A stretch of DNA of 64,000 nt from Octopus vulgaris. Its lineage: Eukaryota. The stretch lies in NCBI GenBank assembly GCA_951406725.2, contig OX597834.1, positions 5,208,001 to 5,272,000 of the forward strand, given 5' to 3'. A program made the translations under genes and the position numbers. Every line of letters begins with the position of its first letter. Positions within the stretch are counted from its first letter, which is position 1. The notes beneath the pieces are model-generated. The model made no database searches. It worked only from the letters and a program-made list of their open reading frames with translations, and had not been told where the DNA came from. Positions 24,930 through 37,775 of this stretch are shown one piece after another.

Positions 24930-25500
24930 CTCTGGGGAACCAGGACACCTTACTATACAATGGCATGTAATTGATTTCATCAAGGTTGCCAAATTCATGC
25001 TGACCAAACAAAGAACTGCAAGTGCAACATTTGGTGCAGAAAAACCAACGTGAAGGTCACTCTCGATAACATGGTGAGACTGCTTCCTCAGCAAAAGCAT
25101 CAAACAGAAGCAAGGTCAGTATGTTGCATGGGTAGCAAGCATATAATCTAAGTTGGGCTGAGATAAGCAATTTAGGGCATTCTAGGTAACATGCATTTGC
25201 AGAACACTGCGGATCATTCAGGTGGTTTGTCGAATGAAAGATTCATTTCTGGAAGAGACAGCACCGGAGCAAAAGTTGATGAGAATAAGCAAATGGCAAC
25301 AAACTGCAATATTTTGCCAAAGTTATCCAGGTTCAGAACTATTGTGATTGTATCTTCAGGAGCTACGGGGTTCAATAAATATGCTTGTGAGCCCAAATGG
25401 CTAATATTGAGCATTGCCATTAAAGATTGGATTCAGAAGACATGGGCATACATTACAAGACCCTATTGTCTGTGGAATATTGAAGGGTGTGTTTCAGGCC
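24930..25500 (+). mobile_element. possible degenerate RLE-type (R2/R4/NeSL-like) LINE C-terminus
   Basis: Traces IDFIKVAKF, CNIWCRK, IIQVV, AKVDE, IVIVSSGATG in the expected order. Weak. Confidence 0.3.
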
Positions 25501-25548
25501 TCCAACTATCATCTGTGAGGATGAATCTATTCATTTATTCATTAGTAT

Positions 25549-25972
25549 AGGCGCAGGAGTGGCTGTGTGGTAAGTAGCTTGCTAACCAACCACATGGTTC
25601 CAGGTTCATTCCCACTGCGTAGCATCTTGAGCAAGTGTCTTCTGCTATAGCCCCGGGCCAACCAATGCCTTGTGAGTGGATTTGGTAGATGGAAACTGAA
25701 AGAAGCCTGTCGTATATATGTATATATATAACTATGTGTATGTGTGTATGTGTTTGTGTGTCTGTGTTTGTCCCCCTAACATTGCTTGACAACCGATGCT
25801 GGTGTGTTTACGTCCCCGTCACTTAGCAGTTTGGCAAAAGAGACCGATAGAATAAGTACTGGGCTTGCAAAAGAATAAGTCCCGGGGTCGAGTTGCTCGA
25901 TTTAAGGCGGTGCTCCATCATGGCCGCAGTCAAATGACTGAAACAAGTAAAAGAGTAAATGAGTAAAAGAGT
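25549..25972 (+). mobile_element. SINE family B, full length
   Basis: All B modules present. Confidence 0.93.
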
Positions 25973-26338
25973 AATATGTATACATACCAGACTATACGGT
26001 GCCCCCAAATTCCATAGCTCCTCTGCTGCTCCATTGACCAAAATACTGGTACACAATTACAAAGGATTGCCCAAAGTGGTAGCATCTCACTATCAAAACT
26101 GGATGGAAAATAACAGAACTCAAGAGGCAGAAATCAAATGTAGAAGATGCAAAGAGTGTCTTGCACTTCCCTGTCCCTACCACCCATGATAAATACCCCC
26201 TGGCTCTTCTATATTTCCCTTGGCCTGAACGACTATCTCAGGCACTGGCACCCTTCGCACTTGTCAGGGTGAAGAGGCTCAATCACTCATTACAGATTAA
26301 CTACTTGGATATTAACTGATGTTGATGACAACAATATA

Positions 26339-26563
26339 TGAGGAAGTACAGAAAAATTTCTGGTTTTAAGGGTATCCTGGTAAGGTCTGGTTGGAGGCTC
26401 AACCTTCCCAGTTCTTTTACAGGGCTTAGAAAAACTGAAAGACCACTGCAATAAGTGTGTGAATCTGAGAGGGGAAGATGTTGAATAAAATCATAATTAA
26501 CTAATAAACTGATCCTCTTGTATTTTCTTCTACTCAAAGCCAGGAACTTTTCAGCACCCCTCA
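26339..26563 (+). mobile_element. mariner-derived MITE
   Basis: TA-flanked imperfect TIRs TGAGGAAGTACAGAAAAATTTCTGGTTTT / AAAGCCAGGAACTTTTCAGCACCCCTCA. Internal LKDHCNKCVNLRGEDVE* matches the mariner C-terminus. Confidence 0.8.
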
Positions 26564-26591
26564 TATGTATATAAATATGTATGTATGTATG

Positions 26592-26763
26592 TCTTCCCTT
26601 CCTTGGATCTTTCCTTTTCCTATGTTTCTGACGAAGCGCTCCACTTGAAATGTTAAATCCTCCTTCTTTCCTTCCTTTCCTGAGCGTCCAATAGCACTAT
26701 AGTTGTTCCACGTCCTCGTGTTGTTGTGTTTTCTCTTCATGTTTTCATGTTTGGCTTAACTAA

Positions 26764-26765
<2 letters not shown>
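26592..26765 (+). mobile_element. PLE terminal-repeat fragment with decayed hammerhead-like motif
   Basis: GTTT-CTGACGA-AGCGCTCCACTT-GAAATGTTA-AAT. Runs into (TA)n; TTTCCTGAGCG segment shared with the 19399-19481 insert. Confidence 0.5.

Positions 26766-26766
<1 letters not shown>

Positions 26767-26847
<81 letters not shown>
26767..26847. repeat. (TA)n
   Basis: Seen directly. Confidence 0.97.
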
Positions 26848-26849
<2 letters not shown>

Positions 26850-26899
26850 ACTGACAAAAGAACTTTTAAATGTCAGGCTCTTTTATTATTTATGTTTGT

Positions 26900-27100
26900 A
26901 AGGCAAGAAGCAGGCAGAATTATTAACACTCTGATAACTTTGTAGTATTTGTTCTGGCTCTTTATGCTTGGAGATCAAATACCACTTTACCCTTTCATCC
27001 TTCTGGGGTTCGATGAAATATGTACCAGCTGAGCCCTGGCATCAATGTAAATACCTTCCCCGTCACCTCACATTTGCTGGCCTTTTGCCAAAATTACAAA
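26900..27100 (+). mobile_element. SINE family A (A2), highly diverged
   Basis: CCTTTCATCCTTCTGGGGT core and TTGCTGGCCTTTTGCCAAAATT tail. Confidence 0.65.
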
Positions 27101-27314
27101 GAATTATTTATGCTTGTGAGATTAATGTGCTACTGGTCATATAAAATATTTAATAAAATCACTTTATGGCCAATAGGAAGGCATATATCTCTGTTAACTT
27201 CTGATAAAATTAAATTCTAATCCTGCTTTGCAATTCAGTGGTTAATATCAATATTAAGAGTGGAAGAATCATTTTCCACAGTGGGAAAAATTCTTAGTGG
27301 TGTTTTGTTTGGGA

Positions 27315-27408
27315 TTATGTTCTGAGTTTAACTTCTGCCAAAGTTGACTTTGTCTTGCATCCTTTTAGGGTCCATAAAATAAGTGCCAGATAAGCATCTG
27401 TGTGTGTA

Positions 27409-27446
<38 letters not shown>

Positions 27447-27700
27447 TCTCCTTGTTGTGATATTGTTAGATAGTTGCAAATGATTGTCTCCATTAAACAG
27501 ACAATATCGTTCCTTTCCAACATTCGGTGAAAACATAACTTTGTGACAGGAAATATTACCTGTCACACGGAAACAAGAGGAGGGTGGCAACAGGAAGAGC
27601 ATCCGGCTGTAGAAAATCTGCCTGAATAAACTCCATCTGATCCAAGCAAGCAAGAAAAGGTGGATGTTAAAAACAATGATGATGATGATGATGATGACAA
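27315..27700 (+). mobile_element. old SINE-like element: A-type core, (TG)n and RTE-type (GAT)n tail
   Basis: A-like core at 27315-27390; tail GGAAGAGCATCCGGCTGTAGAAA...(GAT)n shared with family D. Confidence 0.55.
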
Positions 27701-27832
27701 TGGCAGTGATGATGATGATGATGATGATGATGATGACAACGGCAGTGATGATGATGATGATGATGGTGACAGTGATGATTACAATAATGACAATGTTGAT
27801 GGTGATGGCAACAGCGATGATTTCGATGGTGA
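27676..27832. repeat. (GAT)n, decaying
   Basis: Seen directly. Confidence 0.93.
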
Positions 27833-28007
27833 TTTATTCCGCTTTACAGGTGTACAAACACTCATAATACTATGAAGAAGCAAAACCCCTTTTTCACTAA
27901 ACCAAAGAATATACTTTCCCTATACATATGTCTTATAATCACGTTCTTCATTTCAGTGATATAAACATATTTAGAGAAAGGTTGATATTTTCTATACTTT
28001 TGAGAAA

Positions 28008-28248
28008 TCATCATCATCATCATCATCATCATCGTTTAGTGTCCGCTTTCCATGTTAGCATGGGTTGGACGATTTTGACTGAGGGCTGGCAAACCAGATG
28101 GTTGTACCAGGCTCCCGTCTTGATTTGGCAGAGTTTCTGGATGCCCTTCCTAACGCCAACCACTCCGAGAGTGTAGTGGATGCTTTTTATGTGCCACCGG
28201 CACGGGGGCCAGTCAGGTGGTACTGGCAATGACCTCGTTCGAATCTTT
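28008..28248 (-). mobile_element. family D: RTE LINE 3'UTR fragment with (GAT)n tail
   Basis: Homologous to the 3'UTR of the RTE at 52090-53306. Confidence 0.85.
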
Positions 28249-28913
28249 ATGAACATATATCAATTATGAATCTTTATGAATATTTATTTATATGAGCATT
28301 ATTTTTCTTAAGACATATAAGAATATAAACCACCAATATGCCATTTGCCTCACCAATGTGATTCAGAAGATACCTTAATAATTCACCTTTATATTCCTTA
28401 TCACTATTCGTCAGTGATATTTATTTTATCATCTTGAGTGGTTGAGAAATAAATCCATTTGGATTGGATGTTGGTCTATAACAGTTGGAATTTCCAGTTG
28501 ATATAATACCCATTTCCTACAGCTTAGTAATCTAAGTGATGTAAAATTAAGTATACTTCTGAAATATCCAATGAAATGCCTGCAGCAGAATTTAACCTGA
28601 CCCATCAGTCAATAATTCCACATCATATTGGTTGAACCATTCTGCTTCTAAACTAGTGGAGCTTCCAGTTGTGAATTTTGTCTGTTCAGCCAGTTTGCTC
28701 TTTAAAACTCATTGCATATCTTATTGTAATCAGAAGCATTTGTCAGCCGGTGATTATTTCTACTTTCTTTATTTGAATTCAGGTAAACTAGGAAGTTGTG
28801 GCATTAATTCATTTCCTAATAACATTAAGGATATATGTGAGCCAATGACTGGGCACATCTACAGGGTCAGCTTGTTCAAAATACCAACCAAATCTCCATC
28901 AATTCATACCCTG

Positions 28914-29205
28914 CATCATCATCATCATCATCATCATCGTTGTCGTTGTAGTCATCGTCATCTTCATCATCATCATCAACATCATCATCATCATCATCAC
29001 CATCGTCATCTTCATCATCACCATTATCATCATCACCATCACTATCATCTTCATCATCTTCATCATCATCATCGTCCTCGTCATCGTCATCTTCATCATC
29101 ACCATAATCATCGTCTTCATCACCATCATCATCACCATCACCACCACCACCACCACCACCGCCACTGCCGCCGCCGCCTCCACCGCCACCACCACCACCA
29201 CCACC

Positions 29206-29236
<31 letters not shown>
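28914..29236. repeat. (CAT)n/(CAC)n, expanded tail of the adjacent RTE
   Basis: Seen directly; abuts the family D 3' end. Confidence 0.95.
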
Positions 29237-29237
<1 letters not shown>

Positions 29238-29866
29238 TTAATGTCTATTTTCTATGCTGGCATGGGTTGGACTGCTTGACAGGAACTGGCAAGGCCAGGG
29301 GCTCACACCAGGTTTCGTAGTCTGTTTGGGGGTTAGTTTCTACAGCTGGATGCCCTTCCTAATGCCCACCACTTTACAAAATGTACTGGGTGCCTTTTAA
29401 GTGGCACCATCACCAGTGCTCTCTACATGGCACCAGCACCCACATCAATTTTCTTTTCTTTCTTTTATGTGGCATTTTGGTTTTAGGATCTCAATTCTAT
29501 TTTAATGCTTAAGGCTTCTTGAGTACAGCAATGTGCCAAATGCCTCGCCCCTCTGTCATCTCTTATTATGGTCAGCATTTTGAGGTCAGCCTCCAGTACT
29601 TTTAGGGGTCAGGTCTTTTAGGGGTCAGATTGTTTCAGATTTCACTAATCGGTCTTTTAGATGTTTCTGTGGAAAAGTTTAGGTTTTTGTTCAACATTAG
29701 TTGCGTAGGAGTGGCTGTGTGGTAAGTAGCTTGCTAACCAACCACATGGTTCCGGGTTCAGTCCCACTGCATGGCACCTTGGGCAAGTGTCTTCTACTAT
29801 AGCCTCGGGCCGACCAATGCCTTGTGAGTGGATTTGGTAGACGGAAACTGAAAGAAGCCTGTCGTA

Positions 29867-29903
<37 letters not shown>

Positions 29904-30420
29904 ATGTGTGTGTTTGTCCCCTTAGCATTGCTTGACAACCGATGCTGGTGTGTTTACGTCCCCGTCACTTAGCAGTTCGGCAAAAGAAACCGATTGAATA
30001 AGTACTGGGCTTACAAAGAATAAGTCCCTGGGTTGATTTGCTCGACTAAAGGCGGTGCTCCAGCATGGCCGCAGTCAAATGACTGAAACAAGTAAAAAGA
30101 GAAAAAAAAAAGAGAAAGAGATTAGTGTCATAATATCTATACACACACATATTGATTGGATGAACTTTCCTTCGCTGTTATGTCTGCTTATTTCCACACA
30201 TTCACAGATACACACACACACATACACACACACACACATTGTTACACATTCACAGACGCATAGTTTAAATGATCAACACTTCTTTACACAGCTGTCCTCA
30301 TCCACCTGCATCACATGACCAAACCAATGCAGTCTCCTCTCTTGCACATTGCCCAATAATTCTTCTTGTACCCAACTTCTCAATAAATCCATGCTCTGTT
30401 GTAGATGCACACTTAAAGTA
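29237..30420 (-). mobile_element. old RTE (family D) copy split by an insertion at 29599-30271
   Basis: 3'UTR and ORF end at 29237-29598; resumes at 30272 with VQERRLHWFGHVMQVDEDSCVKKC. Confidence 0.75.
29702..30120 (+). mobile_element. SINE family B, full length
   Basis: TSD ATTAGT at 29696-29701 / 30121-30126. Confidence 0.93.
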
Positions 30421-30732
30421 TAAAGGATATGTAGAATAAGGCAGTCCTTGATAGATTATCTAAAAAAAAGGGATTAAAATAGATAGTCATGACTGGAATG
30501 TCTTCGATCATAGAGCTCAATCAAGGTTGGTTCAGAGCTGAATAATAACAATACAATCTGAGAGAAATTAACCAAGAATTGAAATTCAGATCCAAACTTG
30601 GTCTTTTAGAATTTCAACTTTTGCTCTGTAATATTTTCTGAAGATGCATTAATTCGAGATTAATTTTGTGTATTTACAAAAGTAAAATTATGAATAAACA
30701 TTTAAACTATGCGTCTGTGAATGTGTGACAAT

Positions 30733-31026
30733 GTGTGTGTGTGTGTGTGTGTGCATGTGTGTGTGTTTGTGTGTGTGTGTGTGCATGTGCGTGTGTGTGT
30801 GTGTGTGTGCGTGTGTGAGTGTGTGTGTGTGTGTGTGCGTGTGTGAGTGTGTGTGTATGTGTGTGCGTTTGTGTGTGTGTGTGTGTGTGTGTGTGCGTTT
30901 GTGTGTGTGCGTGTGTGTCTTTGTGTGTGTGTGCGTTTGTGTGTGTGCGTTTGTGTGTGTGTGTGCGTTTGTGTGTGTGTGTGTATGTGCGTTTGTGTGT
31001 GTGTGTACGTTTGTGTGTGTGTGTGT

Positions 31027-31073
<47 letters not shown>

Positions 31074-31167
31074 TGTGTGTGCGTTTGTGCGTTTGTGTGT
31101 GTGTGTGTGGGTGTGCGTTTGTGTGTGAGTGTGTGAGTGTGTGTATGTGTGTGCATGTGTGTGTGTG
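30733..31167. repeat. long imperfect (TG)n
   Basis: Seen directly. Confidence 0.97.
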
Positions 31168-31913
31168 GAAATAAGCAGACATAACAGCGTAGGAAAGTTC
31201 ACCCAATCAATATGCGTGTGTATAGATATTATGATACAAATGTCGAACAAAACCTAAAGTTTTCCACTGAAACATCTAAAAGAGCGATTAGTGAAATCTG
31301 AAACAATAAATTATTGAAAAACATTTTGATGGTCATATTAATAGTGAGGTTAAATTTCTATGTTATCATTACAGTTTTTGTATTCTGTTCATAACAACGT
31401 GAATGGTAATAACATTGTCTTGTTGATTACCAACTTAGACAGGAGTAGAGAAGTTCGCTGCCATGTCAGCTGGGTAGCCAAGATGTTGAGTAGGATAATG
31501 TGTTCGTGTCGGGTGGTTTGGGTGGAAAGAAAATGCTTTAGAAATGGCATGATACTAGCAGGAATGATAAAACTCAAAAAAAATAAAATCCGATATGTGT
31601 ATTTTCACTCGTGAAAATGCTTTCATGTAAATAGATTCTTTCATCTCGCTAAGATTCTTCTCTTAATGGCTTACTATAAACCAACTAAATGATTATGGTC
31701 ATTTGTACATTCAAATTGCTATCATGTCTAGCCAGAAGTGAGATGAAGGTAATTAAAGTATGTCGATGTATATAAAGGGAAACTGTGATAGCGAGATGAA
31801 TATTTGTAAACGTTAGTCTTATGTGGCAGTTTCTTTGACTATCAACTTCTACTCTGGTTTTCAATAGCCATATCGATTTCCAGTTCCATAGATTACTTAT
31901 TTTAAAGGTTTCT

Positions 31914-31971
31914 GCTGCTGTTGTTGCTATTGTTGTTGTTGTTGTTGTTGTTGTTGCTGTTGTTGTTATTC

Positions 31972-32029
<58 letters not shown>

Positions 32030-32079
32030 CGATGGTGGTGGTGATGATGATGACGATGATGATGACGATGACGATGATG

Positions 32080-32142
<63 letters not shown>

Positions 32143-32158
32143 GTGATGGTGATGATGG

Positions 32159-32193
<35 letters not shown>

Positions 32194-32205
32194 GTGGTGA
32201 TGATC

Positions 32206-32261
<56 letters not shown>

Positions 32262-32352
32262 GATGGTGGTGATGATGATGATGATGATGATGATTGATGA
32301 ATGAATGAATGAATGAATGAATGTGGTGTTGGTGTTGGTGGTGGTGGTGGTA
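31914..32352. repeat. (TTG)n, long (ATG)n, (GAAT)n, (GGT)n
   Basis: Seen directly. Confidence 0.97.
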
Positions 32353-32646
32353 GGATGACGATATTGGCAGCAAAATTTGTAATTGAGCAAAATCTAGTAC
32401 CAGAAGCAACGGGTGAGGGTCTAGATTGACAAAACCAAATAAAAAAAATGAAAATAAAATTTTTGGTGAAATATCCATAAAAGTAGACCAAATGCCATGA
32501 GGAGTAAAAAAAAAAAAAGCTCGTGTATCAGGCAGTGGCTTTTCAACAGAATGCAAAAGGAATATAAAAGAGTTCTAGCTGGTCAGGGTACGAGAAGTGA
32601 ACAGAAATTAACACACAGAGACAACCAGATTTATTTATGTAGAGGT

Positions 32647-33032
32647 GTGGAAGCACTCCATCGGTTACGAAGACGAGGGTTCCGGTTGATCCGAATCAAC
32701 GGAACAGCCTGCTCGTGAAATTAACATGTAAGTGGCTGAGCACTCCACAGACACGTGTACCCTTAATGTAGTTCTCGGGGATATTCAGCGTGACACAGAG
32801 AGTGACAAGGCCGGCCCTTTGAAAAACAGGTACAACAGAAACAGGAAGTAAGAGTGAGAGAAAGTTGTGGTGAAAGAGTACAGCAGGGATCACCACAATC
32901 CCCTGCCGGAACCTCGTGGAGCTTTAGGTGTTTTCGCTCAATAAACACTCACAACGCCCGGTCTGGGAATCGAAACCGCGATCCTATGACCGCGAGTCCG
33001 CTGCCCTAACCACTGGGTCATTGCGCCTCCAC
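32647..33032 (-). mobile_element. SINE family C, full length
   Basis: 12-bp TSD TTATGTAGAGGT at 32635-32646 / 33033-33044. Confidence 0.95.
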
Positions 33033-33058
33033 TTATGTAGAGGTAATATATAAACAAA

Positions 33059-33470
33059 GGCGGTGAGCTGGCAGAAACGTTAGCGCGCCGGCCAAAATGC
33101 TTAGCGGTATTTCGTCTGCGTTACGTTGTCAGTTCAAATTCTGCCGTGGTCGACTTTGCCTTTCATCCTTTCGGGGTCGATAAATTAAGTACCAGTTACG
33201 CACTGGGGTCGATGTAATCGACTTAATACCTATGTCTGTCCTTGTTTGTCCCCTCTGTGTTTAGCCCCTTGTGGGTAATAAAGAAATAGGTATTTCGTCT
33301 GCGTTACATTGTGAGTTCAAATTCCGCCGAGGTCGACTTTGCCTTTCATCCTTTCGGGGTCGATAAATTAAGTACCAGTTACGCACTGGGGTCGATGTAA
33401 TCGACTTAATACCTATGTCTGTCCTTGTTTGTCCCCTCTGTGTTTAGCCCCTTGTGGGTAATAAAGAAAT
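33059..33470 (+). mobile_element. SINE family A, tandem-dimer form
   Basis: 17-bp TSD AGGTAATATATAAACAA at 33041-33057 / 33471-33487. Confidence 0.95.
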
Positions 33471-33549
33471 AGGTAATATATAAACAACTCTCCAAGTAAT
33501 GCCATAAGATGTACTGAAATTAATGGAAATTAAAACAAATATTTGCCCT

Positions 33550-33758
33550 TGAGAGAAGCTGGTTGGATATTTCCAGGTTAAATATGAATTGTTTCTGTAA
33601 GTTGTTATATCGCCCAATTGCCGTTGTAGAATATGCATATGTCTTGGAAGGAAAGGAGGTTGGAATAGGGGTAGATGAATTTGAAAAAGGATGCTGCAAG
33701 TTTGAGAAGGTTCGGGGTCTTGTTTCAGCCATTTAAAAGATGTTCCTGGATGTAATTA
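33550..33758 (-). mobile_element. possible degenerate PLE GIY-YIG C-terminus
   Basis: Traces IQEHL...AASFF...LSFQDICI...LQKQFIFNL. Confidence 0.3.
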
Positions 33759-33765
33759 TTAATAT

Positions 33766-34182
33766 AGACGCAGGAGTGGCTGTGTGGTAAGTAGCTTGCT
33801 TACCAACCACATGGTTCCGGGTTCAGTCCCACTGTGTGGCATCTTGGGCAAGTGTCGTCTGCTATAGCCCTGGGCCGACCAATGCCTTGTGAGTGGATTT
33901 GGTAGACGGAAACTGAAAGAAGCCTGTCTTATATATGTATATATATATATATGTATGTGTGTGTGTTTGTGTGTCTGTGTTTGTCCCCCTAGCATTACTT
34001 GACAACCGATACTGGTGTGTTTACATCCCCGTCACTTAGCGGTTTGGCAAAAGAGACTGATAGAATAAGTACTGGGCTTACAAAGAATAAGTCCTGGGGT
34101 CGAATTGCTCGTCTAAAGTCGGTGCTCCAGCATGGCCGCAGTCAAATGACTGAAACAAGTAAAAGAGAGAAAAAGAAAGAGA
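33766..34182 (+). mobile_element. SINE family B, full length
   Basis: All B modules present. Confidence 0.93.
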
Positions 34183-34399
34183 GTATAGAGGTCAGGCAGT
34201 GAATTGACAGAGTTGGTAGAGCATCAGTTGGTATTTGATTTTTCTTTTTCTAGTTTCTTTCATTTTGAGTTCAAATCTTGCCATCATCTGCTTCATCTTT
34301 CATCCTTCTATGATTGCAAAATAAAGCACCAGTCTCCATGGTAAACTGATAGAATTATTAAAGCATTGGATGTTATGCATGCATCAGCAATATTTGTTT

Positions 34400-34797
34400 C
34401 ATCATCATCATCATCATCATTTAACGTCCGTTTCATTTGACTGCGGCCATGCTGGAGCACCGCCTTTAGTCGAGCAAATCGACACCGGGACTTATTCTTT
34501 TGTAAGCCCAGTACTTATTCTCTTTTGCCAAACCGCTAAAGTGACGGGGACGTAAACACACCAGCATCGGTTGTCAAGCGATGTTGGGGGGACAAACACA
34601 GACACACAAACACATACACACATACATATATATATATATATATACATATATACGACAGGCTTCTTTCAGTTTCCGTCTACCAAATCCACTCACAAGGCAT
34701 TGGTTGGCCCGGGGCTATAGCAGAAGACACTTGCCTAAGATGCCACGCAGTGGGACTGAACCCGGAACCATGTGGTTGGTTAGCCACTCCTGCACCT
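34400..34797 (-). mobile_element. SINE family B joined at its 3' end to a family D (GAT)n terminus
   Basis: B body at 34432-34797; (CAT)nTTAACGTCCGTTT at 34400-34433. Confidence 0.85.
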
Positions 34798-35049
34798 ATG
34801 CCCTTCCTGTAGATATTGGTGCAAGCATAGCTGTGGCGTTAAGGAGCTTGCTGTTTCATAACTATAATGGTTGATGTACTTGACTCAATAGGTCTCCTCA
34901 AGCACAGCAGGTCACCCTATCTGGGTCCACAAATGTTAAGAATGAATCTGGGTCCACACGCAACACATTAGATAATGTAGTCAGTGGTACACTATGCTTC
35001 AAAATATTATGGGATGGTTATTGCTTTAAGACCCTATTTCTACTGTCGT

Positions 35050-35870
35050 AGGTCCTAACTACAATAATGATAATAACATAGAGTGAAGGAAAAGCAATCC
35101 CTGATAAGTTCAAATGATGATAACATAACGAAGATAAAAAAAAACTAGAAAATATACAAGAAATAGCAATAAAAATAGAAATAATGACTAGAGTATAGAA
35201 AGCTGGACAAGAGAATATATTTACTCAAAATAGTATTTGCAAATGAGGACAAAGGGAGAAATAAACAGCAGAGATAAAACAATATACTGATTTTCTTCTA
35301 AGTCAAGTAGAAAAAATAGATATTATCTATGTAAATCACATATACTATGTAAGAGCCAGCATAATATATAAACAGCCAGGACAGGAAACATAGACTTTAG
35401 ATAATGAAAGAAATAACCAGTTACTCTCTCAGAAAAAAACAAAATTGGTATAAAAACAGATTCACCAAAATAGAACTGACTTATCAATATGAACAGAAAC
35501 ACACAATCAGCATCACCAAATGAATACAAAGGATATAAAAAGAGTATATAATAAGAGACAAAAACAAATTTAAATAAGGCAAAAATACCCAGAATTAAGG
35601 AAATTCTGGACAAAAAAATAGGTGATTCAAATGAAAGTTCCAGAGAAAAGAAATGGAGAAAAAAGAAAACTTATAGAAAGTAAAATGGTGTGTGGAAATA
35701 GAAAGAAGTTCTATAGGAGTTAAATCAGATCTAAGAAATTCTCTTAAGGAAAAGTACCAAAGTATTCTTGGCAAGAATGTGAGAGAAAATAATTACTAAA
35801 ACACAAAGATACGTGTTCATGCTGCAATACATAAAACAAAATCTTCCTGGAGATATCCCATATGTGATCA
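35050..35870 (+). mobile_element. degenerate R4/Dong-like ORF region
   Basis: Very A-rich plus strand; traces YYVRASIIYKQPG, KKTNWYK, YRK*N...NRKKFY(R)ELN (cf. R4 N-KKFY-EL). Confidence 0.4.
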
Positions 35871-36021
35871 TTTGTACTGCTAGATATAGAAGCTAAATTT
35901 CCTTTCAAGTAACTGTATCATCTTGAAAAGGGACAGATATAGTGAATAAAAGGGTCCTTTATTGTCAATGCCAGGTAAAGGATGAGGTTGCCAGGTTTAG
36001 AATGTTTTTGATCACTGTTAA

Positions 36022-36241
36022 CTCTTTAGAATTCACATTATTCTGTCAGAATTAATGTAATTCTATTTGCATTGTTTTGACTGAATCATACTTTATCTTG
36101 AAGCTTTGAGATTTTGATGAGGTACCTGTTAATGTTTTGAAAGACAGTGTAGAGTTGGTCTGAGAGGCCAGATCTGGCCGCTTTAAGCATAAAACAGGCA
36201 GAATACTTTGGCTGGATATGGCATATTTAAATGCTAATGGC
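36022..36241. mobile_element. piggyBac-type MITE
   Basis: TTAA at 36018-21 and 36242-45 flanking imperfect TIRs CTCTTTAGAATT / AATGCTAATGGC. Confidence 0.7.
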
Positions 36242-36331
36242 TTAAAATTGAATATGGACTAAACAACAACAGCCACAATAAGTAGTTTCTCAAACCAGAT
36301 GCTGGGTACCATTACATGTTCATTTGATTTG

Positions 36332-36746
36332 CTCTTTTACTCTTTTACTTGTTTCAGTCATTTGACTGTGGGTGGCCATGCTGGAGTACCGCCTTTAGTT
36401 GAGCAAAACGACCCCAGGACTTATTCTTTGTAAGCCTAGTACATATTCTATCGGTCTCTTTTACCGAACCGCTAAGTTATGGGGATGTAAACACACCAGC
36501 ATCGGTTGTCAAGCGATGTTGGTGAGACAAACACAGACACACAAACGTATACACACACACATACATATGTATATACATATATACGACGGGCTTCTTTCAG
36601 TTTCCATCTACCAAATCCACTCACAAGGGTTTGGTCAGCCCGAGGCTTTTGTAGAAGACACTTGCCCAAGTTGCCACACAGTGGGACTGAACACGGAACC
36701 ATGTGGTTTGTAAGCAATCTACTTACCACACAGCTACTTCTACGCA
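36332..36746 (-). mobile_element. SINE family B
   Basis: All B modules present. Confidence 0.92.
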
Positions 36747-37274
36747 TATTTGCTAAATATATCAGAAAAATCTACTTCATATCCATTTTAAAATAGAAAT
36801 GACATGTGGGGAATGCATTTCTCTGTAGTCTGCCCAGCATCAATGTTAGCTTTGATCTAATAAACAACATTTACTAGAATTTCCTGAGCTATAAACCAGT
36901 TGATCACATCTGGTCATTCCACTGTTAGTCTGCATGCAATAATGCGGCTCAATCAGAGATGAGCTAGAGCTAGATGACTACAGCAATAATAACAACAGCT
37001 CTCTCAACAATTGATAGCAAACAACTGAAAAATATCAGAATATATCTTAATAAGAAAGGATTGTGGGGAAAATCACAGCAGTTGAAGAGATCTGAAGCAG
37101 TGATGGGCAAACTGCAGGCAATAAGAATTTCTGAATGACATATCATCAAGAAATTACCTTGAAATTTTGTAATAGTGTGATCTTTCACCTGAGGATGAGC
37201 TATGTCTTATATGGCCTGCCTCTTAGAAATTTTGTCCATGCCTGATCTGAAGCAATTACATAAAAATAAATACT

Positions 37275-37775
37275 TCATCATCACCATCATCATCGTTCAA
37301 CGTTCATTTTCCATGCTAGCATGGGTTAGATGGTTCAACCGGGGTCTAGGAAGCCAGGAGGCTGCACCAGGCTCCAGTCTGATCTGGCAGTGTTTCTACA
37401 GCTGGATGCCTTTCCTAACACCAACCACTCCATGAGTGTAGTGGGTGTCTTTTACGAGCCACTGGCACAGGTGCTAGGGGAGGCTGGCAATGGCCATGAT
37501 CGGTTGGTGTTTTTTACGTGTCACTGACACAGATGCCAGTCAAAGCAGTGCTGGCATCGGCCACATTTGGACGGTGCTTTTTACGTGTCACCGGCTCGGG
37601 TATCTTAACTACAATGTCCATTTGATTTTCATTTTGATGTTGGTGTTGACGTACTTGACTCAATAGGTCTCTCCGAGAACAGCGGGTCACTCTACGATCC
37701 AAGGTTAGCACAGCAGGCCGTCCTGCAAGGCATGAACTCACTTCATTTGTCGGGTCTTCACAGTCACAGCAATCT
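37275..37775 (-). mobile_element. family D RTE 3'UTR variant
   Basis: (CAT)n tail and homology to 52090-52540. Confidence 0.8.

Larger units (their letters stand above)
29629..31307. repeat. inverted duplication, arms 29629-30271 (containing a SINE B) and 30699-31307
   Basis: Arms are reverse complements once the SINE and the microsatellite length difference are removed. Confidence 0.9.

Noticed and set aside
28632-29279. 215-aa His-rich ORF suggesting a metal-binding or beak-type protein
   Set aside because: The His run is the expanded (CAT)n tail of an antisense RTE, and the ORF runs into that element.
29599-29628. TTAGGGG telomere-like motifs
   Set aside because: Only two copies, part of a 14-bp junction filler duplication.
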